A stretch of 64,000 nt of DNA, taken from NCBI GenBank assembly GCA_964347155.1, contig CAYFXR010000062.1, positions 1,246 to 65,245 of the forward strand, written 5' to 3'. Each line of letters begins with the position of its first letter. Within the stretch, counting starts at the first letter, position 1. Below, in pieces: positions 31,346-41,770 of the stretch. A program made the position numbers and the translations under genes. A model generated the notes under the pieces. The model had not been told where the DNA came from. It ran no database searches and was given only the letters and a program-made list of their open reading frames with translations. This stretch comes from an uncultured Nitrospiraceae bacterium. Lineage in GTDB: Bacteria; Nitrospirota; Thermodesulfovibrionia; UBA6902.

Positions 31346-31421
31346 TGTAGAAATGCAATTTATACACAGACACTATTAAACCGCTTGACTACATATAAGT
31401 TTTAGTTTTATTCTTATTTTC

Positions 31422-32792
31422 ATGAAAAAATTGTGGGGAGGAAGATTTAAAGAAAAAACCGAAAAGACTGTGGAGAGTTTTACATCTTCACTTTCTTTTG
31501 ATGTAAGGCTCTGGAAGCATGATATAGAAGGCAGTATTGCCCATGTAAAAATGCTCGGAAAGCAAAAGATTGTCACCCAAAAAGATGCTGAATTGATTAT
31601 CAAAGGTCTTAATGAGATAAAGGCAGAGATTCAGAACGGTACATTCAGGTTTCATGAAAGCCTTGAGGATGTGCATATGAATATAGAGCATGCCCTGATT
31701 AAGAAAATAGGAGATATGGGGGGAAAACTCCATACGGCAAGAAGCCGGAATGACCAGATAGCTCTTGATATGAGGCTTTTTCTCAGGGAAGGGATAACTG
31801 AAATCATTAAATTAATCAAGGGCTTTCAGATGGTAGTTGTCAGGATTGCTGAGAAACATGTTGATATTGTTATGCCTGGTTATACGCATCTTCAAAGGGC
31901 ACAACCGGTACTGCTTTCACACCATTTGCTTGCTTACTTTGAGATGTTTGAGCGTGACAGGGAGAGATTTGAAGATTGTCTGAAAAGGGTTAATGTTTTA
32001 CCTCTTGGTTCTGTTGCTCTGGCAGGGACATCACTGCCGATTGACAGGAAGTATGTTGCAAGATTGCTAAGATTTCCAAAAATTTCGGAAAACAGTATTG
32101 ATACAGTATCTGACAGGGATATTGTTATTGAATTTATTTCTGCATCATGTATGTTGATGATTCATCTTTCAAGACTTGCAGAAGAATTTATTATCTGGAA
32201 CAGTACAGAGTTTGGATTTATTGAGCTGCCGGATGCCTTTACAACAGGTTCAAGTATTATGCCACAGAAAAAAAATCCTGACGTCCTGGAATTGATACGA
32301 GGTAAGACAGGCAGGGTCTGTGGACACATGACGGCAATCTTAACCGTTATGAAGGGGCTTCCACTTGCTTATAACAGGGACATGCAGGAAGATAAGGAGC
32401 CTGTTTTTGATACAGTTGATACGGTAAAGTCGTGTCTTTATGTACTGGCGAAAATGATGCCCAAGGTTGTGTTCAGGAAAGAAAAAATGAAATGTGCAAC
32501 GGAAGCAGGATTTCTTAATGCTACGGACATTGCTGAGTATCTTGTTAAAAAGGGAATGCCTTTCAGGGAAGCTCATAATGTAACCGGTAAAATTGTCAAA
32601 TATTGTATTGGTAAAAACAAGACATTGGCAGACATCGATCTACATGAATTAAAGCGATATTCTAAACTGATTGATAAGGATGTATTTAATAATATTTCTA
32701 TAGAGGCTTCTGTTAGAGGAAAAAAGTCTTATGGCGGAACATCAAAGAAAACGGTACGTGATCGTATTAAGCGAATTAAAGATATGAAATAG
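31422..32792 (+). CDS. argH: Argininosuccinate lyase.
   Basis: 456 aa starting MKKLWGGRFKE, with the fumarate-lyase signature GSSIMPQKKNPD. Confidence 0.95.
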   Translation: MKKLWGGRFKEKTEKTVESFTSSLSFDVRLWKHDIEGSIAHVKMLGKQKIVTQKDAELIIKGLNEIKAEIQNGTFRFHESLEDVHMNIEHALIKKIGDMGGKLHTARSRNDQIALDMRLFLREGITEIIKLIKGFQMVVVRIAEKHVDIVMPGYTHLQRAQPVLLSHHLLAYFEMFERDRERFEDCLKRVNVLPLGSVALAGTSLPIDRKYVARLLRFPKISENSIDTVSDRDIVIEFISASCMLMIHLSRLAEEFIIWNSTEFGFIELPDAFTTGSSIMPQKKNPDVLELIRGKTGRVCGHMTAILTVMKGLPLAYNRDMQEDKEPVFDTVDTVKSCLYVLAKMMPKVVFRKEKMKCATEAGFLNATDIAEYLVKKGMPFREAHNVTGKIVKYCIGKNKTLADIDLHELKRYSKLIDKDVFNNISIEASVRGKKSYGGTSKKTVRDRIKRIKDMK

Positions 32793-32814
32793 TCAGATGG
32801 TAAAAATGTATTGT

Positions 32815-32955
32815 AGACCCTAAAGGACACCACTAAGAGTGAAAATGCCCTTGTCTGTTGTTCCCCTCGATCGGGGAATCCAGACGTCGTCCCCGCGAAA
32901 GCGGGGAGCCAGATAAAGGAAATGGATTCCCGTTTACACGGGAATGACATTTTCG
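32815..32955 (-). repeat. Family D module plus an uninterrupted family C foldback element (reverse orientation). This is the reference empty site for the IS insertion at 7488-9203.
   Basis: Its reverse complement reads CCGAAAATGTCATTCCCGTGTAAACGGGAATCCATTTCCTTTATCTGGCTCCCCGCTTTCGCGGGGACGACGTCTGGATTCCCCGATCGAGGG, collinear with 7463-7487 plus 9204-9330. Confidence 0.75.
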
Positions 32956-32962
32956 GATTACA

Positions 32963-33496
32963 TTGAGCGATTCTTATATACATAGGTGTGCAATGCAGGT
33001 TCAAAAATTCATAATGCGATTGGATATTGGAATTGTCTTACTGAGTGCTGCTTTCTGCCTACTTTTAATTTTTATTGGTGCTTGCGGCAGAAGAGGGGAT
33101 CCGGTTGCAATCGTGCCGCGTGAAGAAAAGAATATTGAAAAGGAATTAAATAAAAACAATAATAAGGACGAGGACATAAGCGAAACCCGAAAGAAAGGGA
33201 AAGAAACGCCTGAGATGAAGGTAAATTCGCCCGATTCTCCCACAGGACTGACCGCCATATATACTCAACAAAGTATTATCCTTACATGGGATGAGATAAC
33301 AGGACAGGAAATCAGATTTTACAGGATTTATCGCTCTGAAGGTAATGATTACATACATGTTGGAGATACCGTTATTCCTGCCTTCAGTGATAAGAATATA
33401 AAATCGAATATAAAGTATTATTATAAAATTAGCGCGGTTGGAGCGTCGGAGAGTCCTTCATCAAAAGAAATCGAAATTGTAACAACGATTAAGTGA
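32963..33496 (+). CDS. Putative lipoprotein with a fibronectin-III-like beta-sandwich domain. The probable start is the internal Met at about 33016.
   Basis: Lipobox LLIFIGAC, a low-complexity K/E-rich linker, then ...SPTGLTAIYTQQSIILTWDEITGQEIRFYRIYRSEGNDYIHVGD..., which is FN3-like. Confidence 0.5.
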   Translation: MSDSYIHRCAMQVQKFIMRLDIGIVLLSAAFCLLLIFIGACGRRGDPVAIVPREEKNIEKELNKNNNKDEDISETRKKGKETPEMKVNSPDSPTGLTAIYTQQSIILTWDEITGQEIRFYRIYRSEGNDYIHVGDTVIPAFSDKNIKSNIKYYYKISAVGASESPSSKEIEIVTTIK

Positions 33497-33514
33497 TACG
33501 GAGGTTCACTGATA

Positions 33515-34099
33515 ATGAAAGAAAAGATATTAAAATCATTTAAAGAAAGTATATCGGTAAAACAGCAATTTGTTGATGAAAATATTGATACTATTATAGA
33601 AGTCTCAAGAATTCTTGCTGACACATTTAACAGTGGAAATAAACTAATACTTTTTGGTAACGGTGGAAGCGCGACAGATGCATCTCATATTGCAGCAGAG
33701 TTTGTTAACAGATTTAAGAAAGAACGCCCTGCTTTTCCAGCTATAGCCCTTAATACAGACATGGCGGTTTTAACTTCCATCGCAAATGATTATGATTATT
33801 CGGATATCTTCGTACGCCAGTTGAAGGCACTAGCTCAGGATGGTGATGCTGTTATTGCAATAAGTACAAGCGGGAATTCCCCAAACGTTATAAAAGCCAT
33901 GGATGTCGCGAAACAAAAGAAGTTGAAAACAATTGTATTTACAGGAGCGAAAGGTAATAAGTTGGCAGTTAAGGGTAATTATGTATTTGCTGTTCCATCT
34001 CATCATACACCAAGGATACAGGAGACCCATATCACCCTTGGACATGTCCTCTGCCAAATGGTAGAGGAATTAGTCTTTGAGGCTTACAGGAAGAAATAA
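33515..34099 (+). CDS. gmhA: Phosphoheptose isomerase (SIS domain).
   Basis: Contains NKLILFGNGGSATDASHIAAEF and AISTSGNSPNV, the SIS-domain signature of GmhA. Confidence 0.85.
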   Translation: MKEKILKSFKESISVKQQFVDENIDTIIEVSRILADTFNSGNKLILFGNGGSATDASHIAAEFVNRFKKERPAFPAIALNTDMAVLTSIANDYDYSDIFVRQLKALAQDGDAVIAISTSGNSPNVIKAMDVAKQKKLKTIVFTGAKGNKLAVKGNYVFAVPSHHTPRIQETHITLGHVLCQMVEELVFEAYRKK

Positions 34100-34146
34100 A
34101 ATACCGGGAATGGAATCTCTGGTACGGGAAATACTAATATTGGAGT

Positions 34147-35133
34147 ATGAAAAAAATAAGTTTATTGTGGATGTTTCTTCTTTTTTTACCGTTTCTTTTA
34201 TATGGAGAAACATATTTTCTGAAATTAAGAACAAACCATCATCCTAGATTTCTGAGGATTGTTTTAGAAGGGCATGAGTATGTAATAAATAAAGCCATGG
34301 TTTACCAGAGAGGCCGGAGAGTTCATGTTACTTTTCCTGATACACATTTTTCAATACAGACAGAAAAGATGGTAATTGCCTTTGATAAGATAGATAGGAA
34401 TACCGTCATTTTTCATCCTGGAGATTTTAGAGGTTTGAAGGTCTTTACTCTGAAACATCCGGCCAGGCTTGTGATAGACGTATACTTAAGAGAAAAGAAA
34501 AAAGATGTTCCTTCTGTCATTTCACCTTTAAGAAAGAAGAAGAAAATTGAACCGAGCAAAATAAAAACGGTCGTCATTGACCCGGGACACGGTGGTTATG
34601 AAAATGGCATTATAAAAGACAACTATAGAGAGAAGAATGTTGTTCTTGATATTGCCAAGAAACTCCATGCGCTTATAAATAGAGGTTCTTCGCAGAGTTT
34701 TCTCACAAGAGGCAGCGACCGGTTTATGACTCAAAGTGAGAGGATGAAATTTGCAAATAGCAAGGATGCAGACATTTTTATCAGTCTTCATATTGGCAAC
34801 CATGATAATATCGTTATGTATGTGCCTGTGATGACTGAGCATTTTTCCAGTATTGTAAAGCCGCATTTAGCCAATAAAGGTCAGGAAGAATATATGGGAG
34901 AAACGGTAACCCTGCTGAATGCCATGAAAGAAGCCGTGGTAACTGACTTTGGTGATGATATAGTATCAGTGCAGCCGTTTCCTTACAGTATTCTTTCCAA
35001 AATGGAAGCTGCTGCCCTCATGATTGAGCTGCCGTCATTTGAAGATGCTTATTATATTGAAGAGCTTAAGACAGAAATGGCTAACACATTATACAAAGGG
35101 CTTTATATTTATGAAGAAATCAAAGCGAAATAG
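34147..35133 (+). CDS. amiC: N-acetylmuramoyl-L-alanine amidase (AmiC-like) with an N-terminal AMIN domain.
   Basis: Signal peptide, then the Amidase_3 domain (VVIDPGHGGYENG ... ADIFISLHIGN). Confidence 0.85.
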   Translation: MKKISLLWMFLLFLPFLLYGETYFLKLRTNHHPRFLRIVLEGHEYVINKAMVYQRGRRVHVTFPDTHFSIQTEKMVIAFDKIDRNTVIFHPGDFRGLKVFTLKHPARLVIDVYLREKKKDVPSVISPLRKKKKIEPSKIKTVVIDPGHGGYENGIIKDNYREKNVVLDIAKKLHALINRGSSQSFLTRGSDRFMTQSERMKFANSKDADIFISLHIGNHDNIVMYVPVMTEHFSSIVKPHLANKGQEEYMGETVTLLNAMKEAVVTDFGDDIVSVQPFPYSILSKMEAAALMIELPSFEDAYYIEELKTEMANTLYKGLYIYEEIKAK

Positions 35134-35689
35134 GATAAAACACAAAAAGAAAAGAAGGTGGCGTTATTTATTTTTTCTGATTGTGTCTTTTGTAATCAGT
35201 ATAAATATAAGTTATTTTTATTTAAAGGAAAAGTTTGTATTTGAATCCTCTTTTATCGAAGATATTGAATCAAGACATGTTAAGGCAACACAAAAAGAGC
35301 AAGAAGAGAGTTCTTTCAGGTTATACAAATCCAATGAACATGCTCCTGCTGTCAGAAGTGGTACAGTCCTTAGAAAAGATACATTGCTTGTTGTTACGGA
35401 AGACATAATAAAAAAACAGGTAAAGCCCTATGGAGTAAGACTTTTAGATTTATATATGGATAAAGAGGGAGTTATTTATATAGATCTTAGTGATGAGATA
35501 AAGAAGAATTTCAATGGAGATGCATTGGAGGAACTGCGTATTGTAGTCGGCTTATACAAAGGAATAAGGTCAACTATTTTAGATTTTACCGCACTGAAAA
35601 TTTTAATTGAGGGTAAGGAAGTTGAGAGCTTTGGCGGTCATATCGATATTTCAAAACCAATAGGAGAAGAGATTGCGGAAAATATCTGA
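35111..35689 (+). CDS. Membrane-anchored GerMN-domain protein. The start is taken at the internal Met (MKKSKRN...); the tracked ORF 35024-35689 begins inside amiC.
   Basis: Basic N-terminus plus a TM helix, then LLDLYMDKEGVIYIDLSDEIKKNFNGDALEELRIVVGLYKGIRSTILDFTALKILIEGKEVESFGGHIDISKPIGE, which resembles the GerMN fold. It lies adjacent to the amidase. Confidence 0.5.
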   Translation: MKKSKRNRIKHKKKRRWRYLFFLIVSFVISINISYFYLKEKFVFESSFIEDIESRHVKATQKEQEESSFRLYKSNEHAPAVRSGTVLRKDTLLVVTEDIIKKQVKPYGVRLLDLYMDKEGVIYIDLSDEIKKNFNGDALEELRIVVGLYKGIRSTILDFTALKILIEGKEVESFGGHIDISKPIGEEIAENI

Positions 35690-36482
35690 AGACACGCCCA
35701 TAGGCATATTTGATTCGGGCATCGGCGGACTTACCGTTATGAAAGAGATAATAAAGCAACTGCCTCAAGAGAATATACTCTATCTTGGTGATACGGCAAG
35801 GGTCCCTTACGGCGTGAGATCTCCTGAAACTGTCTTAAGATATTCCATTGAAAATACAACATTTCTTATGTCTAAAGGCATTAAAATCCTTGTCGTTGCC
35901 TGCAATACATCATCAGCCGTAAGTTTGGGCATGCTCCAGGAAAAGTTCCCGATACCTGTTATCGGGGTTGTTGAGCCCGGCGCTAGGGCAGCCCTGGAAA
36001 AGACAAAATTAAAGAAGATTGCAGTAATTGGAACAGAGACAACGATAAACAGTGGTTCATATGAGAGTGCAATAAAAGCGGTTGATGATTCAGTTGAAAT
36101 AACTTCAGTTGCCTGTCCACTCTTTGTTCCGTTGATTGAAGAAGGATGGCTTGAGGGGGATGTAGTAAATCTTACAGCGGAAAAATATCTCTCATCAATA
36201 AAATACGATGGTGTTGATGTCCTTATCCTTGGGTGCACTCACTATCCGATGATCAAAGATGTAATAGCGAATATTACTCATATCTCTTTGATAGACTCGG
36301 CAGTCGAAACGGCTAAAGAAGTGAAGTGGGTACTTCGGGAGAAGGGTTTGCTTCGTCAGGGAAGAGGTGAATCATCAAGGGAATTTTTTGTTACTGACTC
36401 TCCAGAAAAATTTTCATTAATAGGGGAAAGGTTTCTTGGTAATAAAATTTTAAATATTTCAAAGATTAATCTGGGAGGATAA
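35673..36482 (+). CDS. murI: Glutamate racemase.
   Basis: Contains [22 protein letters not shown] and GCTHYP, which include the two catalytic Cys motifs. Confidence 0.9.
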   Translation: MRKISEDTPIGIFDSGIGGLTVMKEIIKQLPQENILYLGDTARVPYGVRSPETVLRYSIENTTFLMSKGIKILVVACNTSSAVSLGMLQEKFPIPVIGVVEPGARAALEKTKLKKIAVIGTETTINSGSYESAIKAVDDSVEITSVACPLFVPLIEEGWLEGDVVNLTAEKYLSSIKYDGVDVLILGCTHYPMIKDVIANITHISLIDSAVETAKEVKWVLREKGLLRQGRGESSREFFVTDSPEKFSLIGERFLGNKILNISKINLGG

Positions 36483-36486
36483 CACA

Positions 36487-37203
36487 ATGCGTCCTGATGG
36501 AAGGAGAGCGGATGAACTGAGGGATATCACGATCATTAGGAATTTTTTAAAAACTGCTGAGGGTTCCGTCTTGATAGAGACGGGAGATACAAAGGTAATA
36601 TGCACTGCTTCTATTGAGGACAAGGTACCTCCTTTTCTTAAGGATAAGAAAAAAGGTTGGGTTACCGGGGAATACTCGATGCTTCCCAGGTCCACACATG
36701 TCAGGACAACAAGAGAGTCTTCAAGCGGAAGGGTAGGCGGCAGGACACATGAGATACAAAGGCTTATTGGAAGGGCTATGCGTTGTGTTGTGGATCTTGA
36801 GGCATTGGGTGAAAGAACTATCTGGCTTGACTGTGATGTAATTCAGGCAGATGGAGGAACGAGGACGGCATCAATAACAGGTGCATTTGTAGCTTTGAAA
36901 GATGCCATAAGGTATGCACTGGAGAATAAATTTATTAAAAAGCAGCCGATAGAAGAATATGTTGCTGCTGTGAGTGTTGGTATTATTAAAGGTGAGCCTA
37001 CACTTGATCTCTCTTATACTGAGGATTCAAATGCAGAAGTTGATATGAATGTTGTAATGACGGAATCGGGAAAATTCATTGAAGTTCAGGGAACTGCCGA
37101 GACCGAACCATTTAAACGTGGACAACTTCAAGACATGCTTAATCTTGCCGGATCAGGGATTAAAAAGATTATTGCTATTCAGAAGGAATCACTGGGAGAG
37201 TAA
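36487..37203 (+). CDS. rph: Ribonuclease PH.
   Basis: Starts [12 protein letters not shown]...; contains [19 protein letters not shown]. Confidence 0.95.
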   Translation: MRPDGRRADELRDITIIRNFLKTAEGSVLIETGDTKVICTASIEDKVPPFLKDKKKGWVTGEYSMLPRSTHVRTTRESSSGRVGGRTHEIQRLIGRAMRCVVDLEALGERTIWLDCDVIQADGGTRTASITGAFVALKDAIRYALENKFIKKQPIEEYVAAVSVGIIKGEPTLDLSYTEDSNAEVDMNVVMTESGKFIEVQGTAETEPFKRGQLQDMLNLAGSGIKKIIAIQKESLGE

Positions 37204-37255
37204 TCTATAAAGTGGTTCTCAGCATCCTGTCTTTGATTTTTTTGGGCTCTGGATC

Positions 37256-37957
37256 GTGGGATATAAAAAAAGTATAAAGAAATGGCCTGAAGATGAGAGG
37301 CCAAGGGAAAGACTTATCAAATTCGGCGCACGTGGAATGAGTACCGCCCAGCTGCTTGCAATAATTCTGAGGATTGGTGGTAAGGACAAAAGTGCTATTG
37401 AACTTGCAAGAGAACTGCTTCTGTATTTCAAGAGCTTGAAAGAGATAGAAGATGCATCTATGGCTGAATTTTCAGCAATAAAAGGAATAGGAAGTGCCAA
37501 GGTTTCACAATTAAAGGCTGCCTTTGAGCTGGGCAGAAGACTTTTGCAAATTGATAAAAATGCAACGTTTCAAAAACCGTCTTTTAAAAACAGCAGAGAA
37601 GTATTTGAATATTACAGGCCTCAATTTTATGGTTTGAAAAAGGAAAGATTCCTCTGTGCTCTGCTTGATACCAAAAACAGGGTATTCAGGGATACAATTG
37701 TATCTGAGGGTACACTTACATCTTCTCTTGTACATCCGCGGGAAGTATTTAGAGAAGCAATAAAAGAAGCTGCTGTATCTTTGTTGCTAGTCCACAACCA
37801 TCCAAGCGGTGATCCGAATCCAAGTAAAGACGACATAGACATAACGAAAAGACTGGTTGAAACGGGGAAAGTTGTTGGTATCAATGTACTGGATCATATC
37901 ATAATCGCTGACGATACATATCTAAGCCTGACAGAAAAGGGCTATTTGCATTTTTAG
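37256..37957 (+). CDS. radC: RadC-like JAB/MPN domain protein.
   Basis: N-terminal HhH (LLAIILRIG), then the JAMM motif HNHPSGDPNPSKDD. Confidence 0.85.
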   Translation: MGYKKSIKKWPEDERPRERLIKFGARGMSTAQLLAIILRIGGKDKSAIELARELLLYFKSLKEIEDASMAEFSAIKGIGSAKVSQLKAAFELGRRLLQIDKNATFQKPSFKNSREVFEYYRPQFYGLKKERFLCALLDTKNRVFRDTIVSEGTLTSSLVHPREVFREAIKEAAVSLLLVHNHPSGDPNPSKDDIDITKRLVETGKVVGINVLDHIIIADDTYLSLTEKGYLHF

Positions 37958-38094
37958 GTTAATCCTTTTTCAAGTGTGTAACTATTTTAATTTTCATAAG
38001 AAATCCAAACCACATGATTTTTTTGTGCAAATAGTCTAAAATGGTTTACCGAACCCTGATTTGCAGGGATAAATGCTGCGAGGAATCTTCAATT

Positions 38095-38175
38095 CGGTAT
38101 CGAAAAATAAATTTTTTTCGTCTCGGTGGATACGAGTCTGAAAAAACATCCGCATTATTACAAATGCATTATTGG
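38095..38175 (+). repeat. Family F AT-rich repeat in the purH leader (GGTATCGAAAAATAAATTTTTTTC-[26-nt hairpin insert]-ACATCCGCATTATTACAAATGCATTATTGGG).
   Basis: Matches 29028-29085. The insert GTCTCGGTGGATACGAGTCTG resembles CACCTCGGTGAATCTGCTGAGGTGGA at 7286-7311. Confidence 0.6.
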
Positions 38176-38210
38176 GTTAACAAATCGAATATTGTGTTAA
38201 GGAGGATAAT

Positions 38211-39770
38211 ATGGCAGAGATTAAAAGAGCACTGATAAGTGTTTCCGACAAGAGTGGAATTGTTGAGTTCGCGCAAGGGCTTAGTGGTCTCGGAGTGGAA
38301 TTAATCTCTACAGGCGGAACTGCTAAGGCTTTAAAGGATGCGGGAATCAGCGTGAAAGATGTATCAGAATACACTAAATTCCCGGAGATGCTGGGAGGCA
38401 GACTCAAAACTCTTCATCCCAGGATTCATGGCGGCTTATTATGGAGAAGGGATAGTACAAAAGATAAGAAAGATGTAGAGACTCATAACATAGACTCCAT
38501 AGATATGGTTGTTGTTAATCTATACCCCTTTGAACAGACAGTATCAAAACCTGATGTCACGTTTGATGAAGCTATTGAAAATATTGATATCGGTGGTCCA
38601 ACAATGTTGAGAGCTGCCTCAAAGAATTTCAAAGACATAATTGTTATTGTAGATCCTGCTGACTATTCAAAAATTCTTGATGAACTGAATGCCCACAATG
38701 GTGAGGTTAGTTATGAAACCAGATATTATCTTGCCAGAAAGGTTTTTGCGCATACTGCTCGCTATGATACATTGATTTCAAACTATCTTAATAGGCAGGC
38801 TGAGCCGGATAATCCGTTTCAACCGCACATTAACTTGAGTTTTAACAAGATAAGCAGCCTGAGATATGGTGAAAATCCTCATATGAAAGCGGCAGTATAC
38901 AGGGAGCCGCTTTATAACGGATTATCCATTGTTGATGCGAAAATACTGCAGGGCAAAGAAATGTCTTACAATAATTATCTTGATTCAAGCGCAGCGCTTG
39001 ATCTTGTAAAAGAATTTGAAAAGCCAGCGGCAGCCATCATAAAACACAATAACCCCTGCGGTGTTTCTGTAGCTGAATCCGTTAGTGTGGCTTATAAAAA
39101 GGCTTTTGAGACAGATCCGATATCTGCATTTGGAGGAGTTATTGCATTAAACAGGAATATTGACGAAGCTACTGCTAAAGAAATATTGACACTTTTTGTT
39201 GAAATAATTATTGCTCCCGGTTTTGATGCACATGCTCTGAAGCTGTTAAGTGAAAAACCCAATATCAGACTGCTTGAGCTGGATGTTACAAAAGATATTA
39301 TCGGCTTTGAGATGAGGAAGATACAGGGGGGTCTTCTTGTTCAGGATCGGGATACTGGTATGATAGACGACTTAAAGTCTCTTAAGGTTGTAACCAGAAG
39401 ACAGCCGACTGAAGAAGAATATGCTGCACTGGCGTTTGCATGGAAAATCTGTAAGCATATGAAGTCAAATGCAATTATTTATACCTCTCAAGATCAGACA
39501 CTCGGTATTGGCTGTGGTCAGACAAGCAGGGTTGACTCTGCAAAGCTTGCAGCTATGAAGGCAGAAAATTTTGGCATTTCATTAAATGGTTCTGTTGTTG
39601 CATCAGATGCGTTCTTCCCGAATAGGGATGGAATAGATGTTGTTGCAGGGGCAGGAGCAACAGCCGTAATACAGCCAGGCGGTTCGATTAAAGACAATGA
39701 TGCTATAGCTGCGGCAGATGAGCATAACATGGCAATGATATTTACGGGAATGAGACATTTTAAACATTAA
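38211..39770 (+). CDS. purH: Bifunctional AICAR transformylase / IMP cyclohydrolase.
   Basis: 519 aa starting MAEIKRALISVSDKSGIVEFAQGL, with MGS-like and AICARFT domains. Confidence 0.95.
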   Translation: MAEIKRALISVSDKSGIVEFAQGLSGLGVELISTGGTAKALKDAGISVKDVSEYTKFPEMLGGRLKTLHPRIHGGLLWRRDSTKDKKDVETHNIDSIDMVVVNLYPFEQTVSKPDVTFDEAIENIDIGGPTMLRAASKNFKDIIVIVDPADYSKILDELNAHNGEVSYETRYYLARKVFAHTARYDTLISNYLNRQAEPDNPFQPHINLSFNKISSLRYGENPHMKAAVYREPLYNGLSIVDAKILQGKEMSYNNYLDSSAALDLVKEFEKPAAAIIKHNNPCGVSVAESVSVAYKKAFETDPISAFGGVIALNRNIDEATAKEILTLFVEIIIAPGFDAHALKLLSEKPNIRLLELDVTKDIIGFEMRKIQGGLLVQDRDTGMIDDLKSLKVVTRRQPTEEEYAALAFAWKICKHMKSNAIIYTSQDQTLGIGCGQTSRVDSAKLAAMKAENFGISLNGSVVASDAFFPNRDGIDVVAGAGATAVIQPGGSIKDNDAIAAADEHNMAMIFTGMRHFKH

Positions 39771-39957
39771 AAAATAGGGATTCAAGTGAATTATCAATTA
39801 TAAATGATCAATTAAAAATGAATATTTTTTAAGAGATTTTATACAATTCCTCATTACTCATTGATAATTGTTAATTTAACACTCGAATCCTTTCTACCAA
39901 CTAAATGGGAGAAGGACCAATGATAATTAAAATATCGTTAAAAAATAGGAGATAAGT

Positions 39958-41229
39958 ATGAAAGTTCTTGTCATTGGAAACGGTGGAAGGGAACATGCCC
40001 TTGTATGGAAGCTCAGCCAGAGCCCGAGGGTCAATAAGGTATTTTGTGCTCCAGGCAATGCAGGAATATCCGAGATTGCAGAATGTATTGACATCAAAGC
40101 AGACGATATAGATGGTTTATTGGATTTTGCAAAATATGAATGGATTGATCTAACAGTTGTCGGGCCTGAGGCACCGCTTACTGCTGGTATTGTCGATGCT
40201 TTTGTAAAAGAGGAGCGTAGAATCTTTGGTCCTTATGCTGTGGGTGCTCAGCTTGAGGGAAGTAAAATATTTGCAAAGGATTTTATGCGCAGACATGGAA
40301 TTCCAACTGCTGAATATAAAACGTTTGCATCCTATCTACACGCGGAAGAATATGTAAGACTCAAAGGAGCGCCTATTGTGGTAAAGGCAGACGGTCTTGC
40401 AGCAGGAAAAGGCGTTATCGTCGCAGAAAAGGTTGATGAAGCAATGGAAGCCTTAAAGCTGATAATGAAGGAAAAAGCATTTGGTGATGCTGGCAATAAG
40501 GTTATAGTTGAACAGTGTTTACAAGGAGAGGAAGCCTCTTTTATGATTTTAACCGACGGAAAGACCGTTGTTCCACTTGCCACATCCCAGGATCATAAGC
40601 AGATTTTTGACGGCGACAAAGGGCCGAATACAGGCGGAATGGGAGCTTACAGTCCGGCGCCTATCGTTAATAAGGCTTTAAGGAAAGATATTATGAAAAG
40701 CGTGATAGATCCACTCATTAAGGGTTTATCAAGGGAAAGGATGAATTACCGGGGTGTTATTTATGTTGGTCTTATGATATGTAATGGAAAGCCGTATGTA
40801 TTGGAGTTTAACTGTCGATTCGGCGATCCTGAGGCGCAGCCCGTTTTGACAAGACTTGATAGCGACTTTTTTGATCTGTTGAAAGCAACAGCAGAGGGTA
40901 AACTGAAAAATGTAAAAATCTCTTGGAAGAATGATGCCGCTGTGTGTGTTGTCCTTGCTTCAAAAGGGTATCCCGGCTCTTATGAAAAGGGCAAAACAAT
41001 TACAGGGCTTGATTCTTTAAAAAATAATAAAAATGTGGTGATTTTTCATGCAGGAACACGTTTGAATAATGAAGAAATTGTTACTTCCGGCGGAAGAGTT
41101 TTGGGAGTAACTGCTTTGGGTAAAAATATAGAGAATGCAAAAGAGAATGCATATAGTGCAATAAAAAAGATTCATTTCGATGGAATGCACTACAGAAAAG
41201 ATATAGGGAATAAGGCAATTGAAAAATAA
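39958..41229 (+). CDS. purD: Phosphoribosylamine-glycine ligase.
   Basis: 423 aa starting MKVLVIGNGGREHALVWKL, with an ATP-grasp domain. Confidence 0.95.
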   Translation: MKVLVIGNGGREHALVWKLSQSPRVNKVFCAPGNAGISEIAECIDIKADDIDGLLDFAKYEWIDLTVVGPEAPLTAGIVDAFVKEERRIFGPYAVGAQLEGSKIFAKDFMRRHGIPTAEYKTFASYLHAEEYVRLKGAPIVVKADGLAAGKGVIVAEKVDEAMEALKLIMKEKAFGDAGNKVIVEQCLQGEEASFMILTDGKTVVPLATSQDHKQIFDGDKGPNTGGMGAYSPAPIVNKALRKDIMKSVIDPLIKGLSRERMNYRGVIYVGLMICNGKPYVLEFNCRFGDPEAQPVLTRLDSDFFDLLKATAEGKLKNVKISWKNDAAVCVVLASKGYPGSYEKGKTITGLDSLKNNKNVVIFHAGTRLNNEEIVTSGGRVLGVTALGKNIENAKENAYSAIKKIHFDGMHYRKDIGNKAIEK

Positions 41230-41259
41230 AATTACAACTTATTTACAGGGGTAAAATAT

Positions 41260-41754
41260 ATGAAACCAAAAGTATTAATCATTATGGGTAGTGATTCTGA
41301 TTTGCCGGTAATGAAGGAAACTGGGAAGTTATTGAAGGAATTTAACATACCTTATCATATGTCTGTTTCTTCAGCGCACAGAACGCCAGACAGAACAGTA
41401 AAACTTATAAAGGACGCAGCAAAAAATGGAGTTGAAGTGATTATTGCAGGTGCCGGGGCAGCTGCTCACCTTGCAGGGGTAGTAGCATCCCATACGACCC
41501 TTCCCGTAATCGGGGTACCGATAGATTCTTCTCCACTTAAGGGCATCGATGCCCTCTACTCAACGGTCCAAATGCCACCTGGTATTCCAGTAGCCACTAT
41601 GGCTATAGGTAAGGCCGGGGCAAAAAACGCTGCTGTCCTTGCAACGCAGATTTTAGGTTTAAAAGATTCCAGAATTGCCAAAGCTCTAAAAGATTACAAG
41701 AAGAAAATAACAAGGGATGTAGAAAAGAAAGCTAAAAAGGTTGAAAAGAAATAG
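41260..41754 (+). CDS. purE: N5-carboxyaminoimidazole ribonucleotide mutase.
   Basis: Contains VLIIMGSDSDLPVM and AGAGAAAHLAGVVAS, the PurE signature. Confidence 0.9.
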   Translation: MKPKVLIIMGSDSDLPVMKETGKLLKEFNIPYHMSVSSAHRTPDRTVKLIKDAAKNGVEVIIAGAGAAAHLAGVVASHTTLPVIGVPIDSSPLKGIDALYSTVQMPPGIPVATMAIGKAGAKNAAVLATQILGLKDSRIAKALKDYKKKITRDVEKKAKKVEKK

Positions 41755-41770
41755 CCTGGCATTTTTTGGG

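Noticed and set aside
35024-35110. 5' extension of ORF 35024-35689 into the amiC coding region.
   Set aside because: The extension overlaps the amidase in another frame. A Met followed by a basic stretch and a TM helix at 35111 gives a sensible start for the GerMN protein.
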